Positions 1-8,383 of a stretch of DNA of 22,721 bases are shown here, piece by piece; within the stretch, counting starts at the first letter, position 1; every line of letters starts with the position of its first letter. A model generated the notes under the pieces. That model did not search any database and was not told where the DNA came from. It worked only from the letters and a program-made list of their open reading frames with translations. The position numbers and the translations under genes are program-made. Source of the DNA: Candidatus Zixiibacteriota bacterium (GTDB taxonomy: Bacteria > Zixibacteria > MSB-5A5 > GN15 > FEB-12); NCBI GenBank assembly GCA_041742355.1, contig JBGSIV010000207.1, forward strand, positions 1 to 22,721. Reading direction: 5' to 3'.

Positions 1-1680
1 GTCATCCATGTTCTGCAGCAGCAGTCCCGTTCCCTCCTGATCATCCTCGCGCAGGGCGTCGGTCAGGAGCATCATCGAACCCATCATGTCGGTCGAACCC
101 CAGATCCCGAGGTCCTTGGCCGTGCGCTGGTTCGGCTCATCTTTCACAATCAGCGACCGGGTCGGGTCGTTGTTGGCGATCTGTATGCCCCGGCCGTCGG
201 CGTTGATTGAGGCCGTGATGTTCAGCCCCGAGCCGTTGAACGCATCCAGCAGATCCTGGACCGTGACGATCGACGGATCGGTGAGGTTCACGGTCCGGGA
301 GGTGTCTCCCTGGTGTATGACGATCCGCCCGCGGGCCATACCGAGGCCGTGGTTCAGGCCGGCCACTTCGCTGGTTAGAAGCAGCATCGGGTCAAGGTCG
401 GCACCGCCGAAGTCCCCGGTGATCTCCGCGCGCAGACCGAGGTCGTCGGCGGTGGTGCCGGTTGTTTCTTCGATGCGGAACCCGACGATGGGAGACAGGT
501 CGCTGCCCACCAGTTGCGGGTTGACCTGGCCGACAAGGCCCAGCCCGATCGCTGTCATCTGGTCGCCGGAAATATCCTCGATTCGGAGTCCGAGCGGTGG
601 TACGGTGGCATCATTGATTTGGAGGCCCGTCCCGGCGGCATTGAGTGCCATCGTGACATCCGGATGCCCGGTGGCCGTCATGTGAGCGTTGAACCGGGTT
701 ATGACATCGCCGACGGTCGCGGCATCGGAGAGGTCGACTATCTCGTTGACTCCCACCCCGTTGGTCACCCGGATCTGTCCCGGCACCTGGTCGATACCGT
801 TGCCGTTGTTGAGTCGGCTGAGGGCGGTATTGGTGGAGATCAGCCCGTTGGCGGTCGTATCCAGTTGGAGGTTGTTTCCCTCCGGACCGAGTCTGGCGAC
901 CAGGTTGGTGATACCATCGGCGGCCAACTGCGTGTTGATCGCCGCGATAACGTCATTGAGCGTCGTCGCACCGGTTACGTCGATAGTCGAGTTGATCCCA
1001 AGGTTCAGATCGACAATGCGAAACGTGCCGACCGTCTGATCGATTCCGGCCCCGTTGTGCAGGTTGTCCAGGAGGGTCGTGCCGCTCACCCCGAGGTCAA
1101 GGTCCGCCTCGGCCCCGACGGGCCGCAGCTGCTTGAGGAAGACCTCCGAGCCGATCAGGTTAACGGTTACCCGCGACGATGATTCGATCTGGTAGTCGAT
1201 CAAACCGGTGTCGCCGCGGTACACGACGCCGCGCGAGCCCGCGACAAGGGCCGGCGTGGTCGTGCGGTGGCCGGAGAAGATGTACCGTCCCTCCAGTTCG
1301 TTGTTGCTCAACTGGACCAGGCGTTCGAATACGGATTCCACTTCGGCCGCCGAGCCGGCCCGGGTTACGTCGTCGTAGACGCCGTTGGCCATGGCCACCG
1401 CAATCTCCTTCGCGCTCGAGACCATGTCCTTGAGGTCGCCGAGGATGGTGTCGTAGGACTGCATCCAGGTCTGGCCCTGCTCGATATTCTTGCGGTATTG
1501 CTCGTTCTTGGCCAGTTCGGTCCGGTAGCCCAGATCGCGCTGGGTGCCGACGGGGTCATCCGACGGCCTGTTGATCCGTCGCCCCGAAGACATGGAGGTC
1601 TGCAAGTTCATGAAGCGGGTCAGCGCCCGCTGCGTGTTGAAGACCACCCGGTCCGACATCATTTTGTTGGAAATCCGCAT
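1..1680 (-). CDS. flgL: Flagellar hook-associated protein 3 (FlgL), extended, 3' end outside window (>=560 aa)
   Basis: Translated by hand (not in ORF track): ATG at 1678-1680, MRISNKMMSDRVVFNTQRALTRFMNLQTSMSSGRRINRPSDDP...NNELEGRYIFSG, the flagellin-family N-terminus with FlgL-type SDDP and GRYIFSG motifs. Frame open to position 1; downstream of flgK; purine-rich RBS AGGACGGAGAG. Confidence 0.92.
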   Translation of the reverse strand, partial: MRISNKMMSDRVVFNTQRALTRFMNLQTSMSSGRRINRPSDDPVGTQRDLGYRTELAKNEQYRKNIEQGQTWMQSYDTILGDLKDMVSSAKEIAVAMANGVYDDVTRAGSAAEVESVFERLVQLSNNELEGRYIFSGHRTTTPALVAGSRGVVYRGDTGLIDYQIESSSRVTVNLIGSEVFLKQLRPVGAEADLDLGVSGTTLLDNLHNGAGIDQTVGTFRIVDLNLGINSTIDVTGATTLNDVIAAINTQLAADGITNLVARLGPEGNNLQLDTTANGLISTNTALSRLNNGNGIDQVPGQIRVTNGVGVNEIVDLSDAATVGDVITRFNAHMTATGHPDVTMALNAAGTGLQINDATVPPLGLRIEDISGDQMTAIGLGLVGQVNPQLVGSDLSPIVGFRIEETTGTTADDLGLRAEITGDFGGADLDPMLLLTSEVAGLNHGLGMARGRIVIHQGDTSRTVNLTDPSIVTVQDLLDAFNGSGLNITASINADGRGIQIANNDPTRSLIVKDEPNQRTAKDLGIWGSTDMMGSMMLLTDALREDDQEGTGLLLQNMDD

Positions 1681-1707
1681 CGCGTTCTCTCCGTCCTTCG
1701 TGGAGCG

Positions 1708-2049
1708 CTATTTCTCCCGCTCGGGCCGATCGCTCGCGCCGCCGTTGGGTTTGCGCCGGGGCGACGAGTTCTTGTAGTCAATCGGCGTCGTCGTGTCCTT
1801 TGGCGGTTCCTTTCCGGTAATCTTGTCCTTGAGCAGGCTGACCATTCCGGCGAAGTCCTCGCGGATTGATTTCGACGCCTTGCGGTTTTCCTGCTGGATC
1901 TTCACGTAGATCTCCTCGCGGTGGACGACGACGTCGTTCGGTGCGTCGATCCCTATGCGCACCTGGCGTCCGTGAATCCCCAATACGGAGACTTTGATTT
2001 TGTCTCCGATCGTGATTGATTCGCCCAACCTCCGTGTTAGTATCAGCAA
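1708..2049 (-). CDS. csrA: Carbon storage regulator CsrA with long C-terminal extension (113 aa, TTG start)
   Basis: [48 protein letters not shown] is the CsrA signature; SD-like GGAGG upstream of TTG. Confidence 0.96.
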   Translation of the reverse strand: MLILTRRLGESITIGDKIKVSVLGIHGRQVRIGIDAPNDVVVHREEIYVKIQQENRKASKSIREDFAGMVSLLKDKITGKEPPKDTTTPIDYKNSSPRRKPNGGASDRPEREK

Positions 2050-2090
2050 AGTACCCTCCGTGGTGACTCAGGGTTCTGGACTACTCCTGT

Positions 2091-3479
2091 TTACCGTCCG
2101 ACTACCCCCATCCTGGAGATAACGACATCCAGCGCCTCGTCCATGGTTGTGATGACTCTCGCCGCCGCATCATAGGCGTGCTGGAACTTTATCAAATTGG
2201 CCATTTCTTCATCGAGCGAAACCCCCTGTACCGACTGGCGCGAGTTCTCGATCTCGTGCACCAGCAGGGCGTAGTTCTCGGCAAACGACTGCGCTTCGTG
2301 CGATTCCACGCCGAGGTTGCCGACGAGGCTGTCGTAGTAGTCGTTGATCGAGGTCGTTCCGGAGACCATAACGCGGCTGTTGCGCAGGTTCTGGATCGCC
2401 AGCGCCATCGACCCGTCGCCGACCGCCCCGCTCTCCGAGGCCGCGATCTTTTCGGGGGCGTTGATCAGATCCTGGTTGATCCGGATGCTGTCGGCATCGG
2501 TGAAGCGGGGGTCGAAGAAGTTCGCCCCGGTGGAGCCGTCGAGACCGAAACCGTTCCGGTGGATGCCGTTTACCTGCTCGACCAAGGTCCGGGCAATCTG
2601 GCCCAGCTCGTCGAGGTACCGCGGGACAATTTCATCGCGCGCATCGAGGAGCCCCTTGAGCTCGCCGTTGACGTTTCGAATTGAGACGGTCGTGTTCTTC
2701 CAGACAAGTTCGTGTTCCATTTTGCCCTGGTTATTGACGACCCTGGTCTCTATCGGTATCGTTTCAAGACCGGTGACCACCTCCAGGGCGCCGATCATCA
2801 CGCGGACCGAGCCGTTATCCGACTCGATTGTGTTGACGTCCACAATGGCCGACAGCTCGTCGATCATGAGATCCCGCTGGTCGCGCAGGTCGTTGGCGGT
2901 CGAGCCGTCAACCTCCCGGGCAACAATCTGGCGGTTCACCGAGGCAATTTCCGATGCGAGCTGGTTGATTTGGTCGGTATAGGTCGCGAGGTCGCGGTCA
3001 ATCGAATCCCGCAGCCGGCTCAGGTCCTTTGAAAGCGTGTGGAAGCTGTCGGCCAGAAGCGTCGATGCGCCCAGTACCGCCTCGCGGTTGGTCGCGTTGG
3101 GGTTTTTCGACAGGTCGTCCCAGGCGTCCCAGAAACCATTGAGGCGGTCGGCCAGAGTGTTGTCGTTCGGTTCGGAAAAGAGCGACTCGACCTGATCGAG
3201 CACCTTCTGTTTGTAATTCCACTGGCCGAGCGCCTTGTTTTCCTGGCGATACTGTTCGCCGAGGAAGAGGTCGCGCACGTGGCGGATGTCGTCGACCGTG
3301 ATTCCCGTGCCGACCATCCCCTGAGGGGTGTCGGAGGGGAAGGTGGCGCTGATATTCACCCGCTGGCGGCTGTAGCCGGGGGTGTTGACATTGGCGATGT
3401 TATGCCCGATAGTCTGGAGGTAGACCTGGTGGGACAGTAACGCCCGCTTGCCGATTTCAAGTCCCTGCATCAATCCCAT
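2091..3479 (-). CDS. flgK: Flagellar hook-associated protein 1 (FlgK)
   Basis: GHNIANVNTPGYSRQRV N-terminus, NDLRDQRD motif, C-terminal SVQGVSLDEEMANLIKFQHAYDAAARVI. Confidence 0.97.
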   Translation of the reverse strand: MGLMQGLEIGKRALLSHQVYLQTIGHNIANVNTPGYSRQRVNISATFPSDTPQGMVGTGITVDDIRHVRDLFLGEQYRQENKALGQWNYKQKVLDQVESLFSEPNDNTLADRLNGFWDAWDDLSKNPNATNREAVLGASTLLADSFHTLSKDLSRLRDSIDRDLATYTDQINQLASEIASVNRQIVAREVDGSTANDLRDQRDLMIDELSAIVDVNTIESDNGSVRVMIGALEVVTGLETIPIETRVVNNQGKMEHELVWKNTTVSIRNVNGELKGLLDARDEIVPRYLDELGQIARTLVEQVNGIHRNGFGLDGSTGANFFDPRFTDADSIRINQDLINAPEKIAASESGAVGDGSMALAIQNLRNSRVMVSGTTSINDYYDSLVGNLGVESHEAQSFAENYALLVHEIENSRQSVQGVSLDEEMANLIKFQHAYDAAARVITTMDEALDVVISRMGVVGR

Positions 3480-3481
3480 GA

Positions 3482-3970
3482 TCAGGCTCTCCTGTCCAGC
3501 GCGACCGTGCCGCCCTGAGGCGTTCCGGCGCCGGACGCGGTATAGGTTCCGGTCGGCGGGGATGCGATCCGCGCCAGCATGTCCATCGTCTTGCGGATAT
3601 ACTCGCGCGATTTGTTCAGCAGCATGGCGTTCTGATTGCGAACCTTGAGGATGCGTTCGTTGAGATCGAGAATGGCGTCGCGCAACGTCGACAGGCGGTC
3701 CGCCCTGCTCTGGTCGATCATATCGAGCAGGCGGGTAACCGTCAGGTCGCCTTCGAAGGCGTTGTCCCGCTTGATCTGTTCAAGCACCCGCTCTCGCTCG
3801 GCGTTGAACCGGCGGCTCTCGGCCAGCACTTTCTGCTGTTCGGCCGTCGTGCGATTCAGCTCTTCGTGATCGTTGTTGACCAACGCGTGCTGCTGCTGTT
3901 CGAGCAGCAGGAGGAATCGTTCGAAGAGGGCAGCTTCCCTGCCGATAATGTCAATCAGTGTGTCCACCAT
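3482..3970 (-). CDS. flgN: Flagellar export chaperone FlgN family
   Basis: Helical ~160 aa protein directly upstream of flgK with N..N..LL motif (KVRNQNAMLL) and C-terminal TY...LDRRA. Start moved to ATG 3970 (AGGAAG upstream). Confidence 0.85.
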   Translation of the reverse strand: MVDTLIDIIGREAALFERFLLLLEQQQHALVNNDHEELNRTTAEQQKVLAESRRFNAERERVLEQIKRDNAFEGDLTVTRLLDMIDQSRADRLSTLRDAILDLNERILKVRNQNAMLLNKSREYIRKTMDMLARIASPPTGTYTASGAGTPQGGTVALDRRA

Positions 3971-4001
3971 GTTTATTGCTTCCTGCAAAACCCTTGTTCA
4001 T

Positions 4002-4029
4002 TTATCGGTTACCGGAGGAACTGCCTTTA
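4002..4029 (-). promoter_or_regulatory. Putative sigma28 (FliA) promoter for flgN-flgK-csrA-flgL
   Basis: Minus strand TAAA-N16-ACCGATAA (consensus TAAA-N15/16-GCCGATAA); the -10 element includes the flgJ stop codon. Confidence 0.72.
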
Positions 4030-5132
4030 GCGCCCGGTTCCGCACCCGTGGTGCGGTAAGTGGTTAGCGATGCGAGCACTTTCTTGACGTACGCCCTGGT
4101 TTCGGCGAACGGCGGAACGCCGCCATGGCGTTCGACGGCACCCGGTCCGGCATTGTAGGCGGCCACGGCCAACTTCTCGTCACCGAACCGGTCGAGGAGC
4201 TGCCGGAGGTACTTTGCCCCGGACATGATATTCTCTTTCGCATCAAATGAGTCGCGCACGCCGAGATCAGCCGCCGTGGTGTCCATGAGCTGCATAAGCC
4301 CTTTGGCCCCTGCGGGCGACACGGCGTTCGGATCCCCTCCTGACTCGGCGTGGATCACGGCGCTGATGAGCGCCGAATCGACCTGGTGCCGTTCGGCGGC
4401 TTCGTCGATGAAGCGCCCAAACCTCCGCTGGATCGGATCACTCGGACCGGTCTCAGCGGGAGCACCGGGTGGCTTCTCGACCACGCGGATCGGGCGCGGC
4501 ACAATCCGTCCCGCCGGCAACGGCGGGCCTTCGGGCCGTGGTGGCGTCACGGATTTCGCCGCCCCCGCCTTCACTTCGGCGGTGCGTTTGTGCTCCGCAC
4601 CGCGAGCGACATCGGGCGGCTGAGCGCTAATGGTGATCGCTTTCGGTCCCGTGTCGGCCGGTGTTATTTTCACAGGCCGCGAGCCGGGATAGACAACCGG
4701 TATTTCCGGTCGCGAAATTTGCATCGGCTCGCGAACCTGGCTCAAATCTTGTAGTGGCTTAATTTTCAAACCATCCGGCGGACCGTCGAACTCCGCCGTA
4801 ATCGTCTTTTCCAACGAGGCGTAGAGGATATCCGAAATCGACCCGCTACCGCCGGTGGCGATTTCCCGGGCCATCTCGATATCAAACATATCCATGAACG
4901 TATCTTTGCCGAGGCTGCCCGACATCGGCGACCCCTCGGCCAGCGTGCTCTCCCCGATCGTCTGCCGCATGCTCTTGAGCATCTGGTACATGAAGAGCGA
5001 TTCGAACTCCTTTGCCGCCAGGCGGAGGCGCGCCTTCTCCTGTTCGAGCGTCCCGCCCTGGCGGTCACGGATTCGCTCGATATCCCCGTCGCCGTGGACG
5101 ACAGGTGCGGCAATGGGTCGCAGGGTCGACAT
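4002..5132 (-). CDS. flgJ: FlgJ-like rod-binding domain fused via a Pro-rich linker to an SLT (GH23) lytic transglycosylase domain
   Basis: N-terminal LRLAAKEFESLFMYQMLKSMR...DMFD rod-binding motif; C-terminal AVIHAESGG, GLMQLM and AAYNAGPG SLT motifs; located after flgI with TAATG overlap. Confidence 0.88.
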   Translation of the reverse strand: MSTLRPIAAPVVHGDGDIERIRDRQGGTLEQEKARLRLAAKEFESLFMYQMLKSMRQTIGESTLAEGSPMSGSLGKDTFMDMFDIEMAREIATGGSGSISDILYASLEKTITAEFDGPPDGLKIKPLQDLSQVREPMQISRPEIPVVYPGSRPVKITPADTGPKAITISAQPPDVARGAEHKRTAEVKAGAAKSVTPPRPEGPPLPAGRIVPRPIRVVEKPPGAPAETGPSDPIQRRFGRFIDEAAERHQVDSALISAVIHAESGGDPNAVSPAGAKGLMQLMDTTAADLGVRDSFDAKENIMSGAKYLRQLLDRFGDEKLAVAAYNAGPGAVERHGGVPPFAETRAYVKKVLASLTTYRTTGAEPGAKGSSSGNR

Positions 5133-6268
5133 TAGATAATCACCAGTTCCGCGCGCAGCGCGCCGGCTTCCTTGAGAGCCTGGAAGATCGCGATGATATC
5201 ACGCGGTGTCGCCCCGATCCGGTTGAGCGCCGTAGCCACATCGGACAGGTAGACCGATCGTGGCAAATGCACCACCCGGGCTTGTTCGTCGTTGATGCTG
5301 ATCCGCGAATCCTTTGTGACCACCGTCTCCCCTTCGGAGAACGGCTCCGGCTGCGAGATCACCGGAGTGCTCTCGATGCTGACGGTAATCGTTCCGTGGG
5401 CAATCGAGACCTCTTCGATTGTGACGTGTTGGCCGGCCACGATCGTCCCGGTGCGTTCGTTGATGACCACCCGCGCGACATTGTCCGGCACCACCTGCAA
5501 CTGGCCGACATCCGAGATGAATTCGATTCGGGAGGTCGGGTGCATGAGGGAGTCGGGCACCACGAGGCGGACTGTCCCGGCATCGACCGGGTAGGCCAGG
5601 AGGCCGTATTGGATATTGATTCGTTCGGCGACCCGGCTGGCGGTGGTGAAGTCGGGGTTGCGAAGTGTGAGGAACACTTCCCTGGCGTTCCCTTCGACCG
5701 CGAGGACCGGGTTGGTAACTTTCCCGCCGCCGGGCACCCGGCCCACCAGCGTGTAGTTATTGACGATCTCGCTGCCGTCGTCGACCTGCACGTTGAACCC
5801 GCCGATCGACACCGGTCCCTGGGCCACCGCGCGGACGCTGCCGTCTATTCCCGCCAGGGGCGTCATGAGGAGCGTACCTCCCTGCAGCGACTTGGCGTCA
5901 CCGATCGAGGACACCTGAACATCGAAGAACGTCCCCTCCCCCTGGTTGCTCGACATGCGGGCGGTGACCATCACCGCCGCCACATTCTTCACCTTGACCT
6001 TGTCGACATCGACCGTCATGCCCATTCGCTGCATCATGTTGACGAGCGATTGGACGGTGAACTGCGTCCCAGTACCGTCGCCGGTGCCGTCGAGGCCGAT
6101 CACCAGCCCGTAGCCGACGAGATCGATCTGTTCCTGGTTGCGGAACTCCGCGATATCTTTGATGCGAACCTTGTTCGCCTCGACCGTCGTAACCCAGGCC
6201 ATGAGGATCGCCAGCGTGAGGAGTATCCCCGCCGGCGTGGCCAACCGATGCATCATTCCCGCCATCAT
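5132..6268 (-). CDS. flgI: Flagellar P-ring protein FlgI
   Basis: Signal peptide, RIKDIA, GYGLVIGLDGTGD, SIGDAKSLQGGTLL, INERTGTIV, ALKEAGAL motifs. Confidence 0.97.
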   Translation of the reverse strand: MMAGMMHRLATPAGILLTLAILMAWVTTVEANKVRIKDIAEFRNQEQIDLVGYGLVIGLDGTGDGTGTQFTVQSLVNMMQRMGMTVDVDKVKVKNVAAVMVTARMSSNQGEGTFFDVQVSSIGDAKSLQGGTLLMTPLAGIDGSVRAVAQGPVSIGGFNVQVDDGSEIVNNYTLVGRVPGGGKVTNPVLAVEGNAREVFLTLRNPDFTTASRVAERINIQYGLLAYPVDAGTVRLVVPDSLMHPTSRIEFISDVGQLQVVPDNVARVVINERTGTIVAGQHVTIEEVSIAHGTITVSIESTPVISQPEPFSEGETVVTKDSRISINDEQARVVHLPRSVYLSDVATALNRIGATPRDIIAIFQALKEAGALRAELVII

Positions 6269-6278
6269 CGCATACCTC

Positions 6279-6866
6279 CTAGAAGAGCCAGTTGACGAGA
6301 CGGGTGAAGAATCCCGGACGGGACGCGGTGTCGGCGTTCCCCTTGCCGGTGTAGTGAATCTCGGCGTCGCCGATCAGGTAGGAGTCGATCGTGTTGTACG
6401 GCGTGACATCTTTCTGGCGCACGACTCCGGTCAACGTCAGGGTTTCGCGGTCGCCGTTGATCCCGATGGTGCGGGAGCCTTCGATCACGAGATCCCCGTT
6501 GTTGCGCAGTTCGACGACCGTCACCGACATTCGGGCGCGGAGGCTGCCGTTGCGGGCGTTCTCCCCCTTGCCGTCGAAGGTGCTCTCGTTCTGCCAGTCA
6601 CCGCCGAGGAGCGGAATGAAGTCGAGGGAGCCGATGCCCGGCCCGCCGGACACCGAGGCCTCGCTGCTCTTTTCGGTTTTGGTCTGGGCAGACTGCTGGG
6701 CCTGCGAGTTTTCGAATATGAGCACTGTCAGCAGATCGCCCACCCTGTTGGCCTTGACATCCGTGAAGAGCGATTGTCCCTGGCCGAAATCCTGCCCTTT
6801 GAGTTTGAGCGAGTAGGGCAACAGCAGGAGAATGCCCAAAATGAGGAGAATGCGTAAGAACTTCAT
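6279..6866 (-). CDS. flgH: Flagellar L-ring protein FlgH (no cysteine or lipobox)
   Basis: SLFTDVKANRVGDLLTVLI, NGDLVIEG, LTGVVR..D motifs; lies between flgA and flgI. Confidence 0.93.
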   Translation of the reverse strand: MKFLRILLILGILLLLPYSLKLKGQDFGQGQSLFTDVKANRVGDLLTVLIFENSQAQQSAQTKTEKSSEASVSGGPGIGSLDFIPLLGGDWQNESTFDGKGENARNGSLRARMSVTVVELRNNGDLVIEGSRTIGINGDRETLTLTGVVRQKDVTPYNTIDSYLIGDAEIHYTGKGNADTASRPGFFTRLVNWLF

Positions 6867-6877
6867 GATTTGCCTTC

Positions 6878-7558
6878 CTATGGCTCAACGACCACGGCGC
6901 CGCCGTCCACGACACGCGCCACGATTATCTTTCCCGATGCGTTGTTCTTCACTTTGACATAGTCCCCCGCGACACCCGCCTGGAGGGCAGTCCCCGGTGC
7001 GGACACCCGGCAGAAGCCGTCGGCGTAGACGATCGACACCGTGCGCCCTGCTTCCACATCGGGCGGAAGCTCCATGCACGCGGCGGTCAGGACCGTCCCC
7101 TTGCGGAGGATGCGGGTCGCCCGGAAACCGGCGATCTCGTCGGGCGACACCACCGGCTTTTCGTACATCGCGGTGACATCGACCCGGTGGAGTTCGAATT
7201 TGTCGGCCGTCAGCAGTTCGCGGCTGTCGATCTTGTCGATCGCGACCAGGACCTCGGCGAAACGCTGGATGCGCAGGTTGACCTGTGCACTCTCGATCTT
7301 CGCGCCATCGCGGTGGATATCGGCCGCCACGGTGAAGAGCCCGATCGGCTCCTTCTGGGTGATCGGCCGAAGCGTTACTTCACCCGGGGCGACCTCCGTC
7401 GCTTGAAGGCGGCTGGCCTCGACCGTGATGACATAGTGCGCCGTGTCCAGCCCGTACATCCGCACCAGTTCGTCCACGACCGCCTGCTCGGCTGTGAGGG
7501 CGAGCGCGGAACCGGCGAACGCGAGGAACAGGATGATCAGGAGCAGCTTGCGAAACAT
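6878..7558 (-). CDS. flgA: P-ring formation chaperone FlgA
   Basis: Signal peptide, SAF-like region, C-terminal GTALQAG..GDYVKVKNNASGKII motif; lies between flgG and flgH. Confidence 0.92.
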   Translation of the reverse strand: MFRKLLLIILFLAFAGSALALTAEQAVVDELVRMYGLDTAHYVITVEASRLQATEVAPGEVTLRPITQKEPIGLFTVAADIHRDGAKIESAQVNLRIQRFAEVLVAIDKIDSRELLTADKFELHRVDVTAMYEKPVVSPDEIAGFRATRILRKGTVLTAACMELPPDVEAGRTVSIVYADGFCRVSAPGTALQAGVAGDYVKVKNNASGKIIVARVVDGGAVVVEP

Positions 7559-7564
7559 GGCCGG

Positions 7565-8353
7565 TTACCTCTTCAGGTTGTTGGCGATTCCGGCCATGTC
7601 GTCGGCCGTCTGGATCGCTTTGGAGTTCATTTCATAGGCGCGCTGGGCGACGATCATGTTCACCATCTCGTCGACAACTTTCACGTTCGACATTTCGAGG
7701 TATCCCTGGTCGATCTGGCCGAGACCGCTCTGCGTGGGGACATCGGTGACCGGATCCCCGGACGCCCGGGTCGGAGTGAGAATATTGCGGCCGATCGCCA
7801 GCATACCCGCAGGGTTCACGAAGCGCGCCAGTTCGATCTGGCCGATCTGGACCGGATCCTGTTGTCCCGCCACCATGACCTCCACCGTGCCGTCCGTGCC
7901 GACTGAAATGGCCGTTGATCCTTCGGGCACCGACATCTGCGGCAGCACGAAGTAGCCTTCACTGGTCACAACCTGGCCGTCACCGGAAATCTTGAATGCC
8001 CCGTCCCGGGTGTACCCGGTCGTGCCGTCCGGCATTTGCACCTGGAAGAAGCCGTCGCCGTCAATCGCAAGGTCAAGCGGGTTGCCGGTCGGCGTCAGGT
8101 TGCCTTCCGAAAAACTCCGCACGGTCGCCGACGCCCGGGTGCCATAGCCGATGGACAATCCGGTCGGGACCTCGGTCCCCAGTGCCGACGCCGTCCCGGC
8201 GCGACGAAGGTTTTGATACAGGACATCCTGAAATTCAATCTTCGTTTGCTTGAAGCCGGTCGTGTTGACGTTGGCGAGGTTGTTCGCGATGTTGTCGACA
8301 TTCATCTGTTGGGCGACCATGCCGGTTGCCGCGGTTCGCATCGCTTTGATCAT
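7565..8353 (-). CDS. flgG: Distal rod protein FlgG
   Basis: IANNLANVNTTGFK, FQDVLYQ, DLAIDGDGFF, YTRDGAF, QGYLEMSNV..EMVNMIVAQRAYEMNSK. Confidence 0.97.
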   Translation of the reverse strand: MIKAMRTAATGMVAQQMNVDNIANNLANVNTTGFKQTKIEFQDVLYQNLRRAGTASALGTEVPTGLSIGYGTRASATVRSFSEGNLTPTGNPLDLAIDGDGFFQVQMPDGTTGYTRDGAFKISGDGQVVTSEGYFVLPQMSVPEGSTAISVGTDGTVEVMVAGQQDPVQIGQIELARFVNPAGMLAIGRNILTPTRASGDPVTDVPTQSGLGQIDQGYLEMSNVKVVDEMVNMIVAQRAYEMNSKAIQTADDMAGIANNLKR

Positions 8354-8383
8354 CGCTGCCTCCTATCTCCAGTCATTCTTTGC

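Noticed and set aside
86..1869. Plus-strand ORFs of 199, 222 and 200 aa
   Set aside because: Antisense shadows of flgL/csrA; the real minus-strand ORF was missed by the track because its stop lies outside the window.
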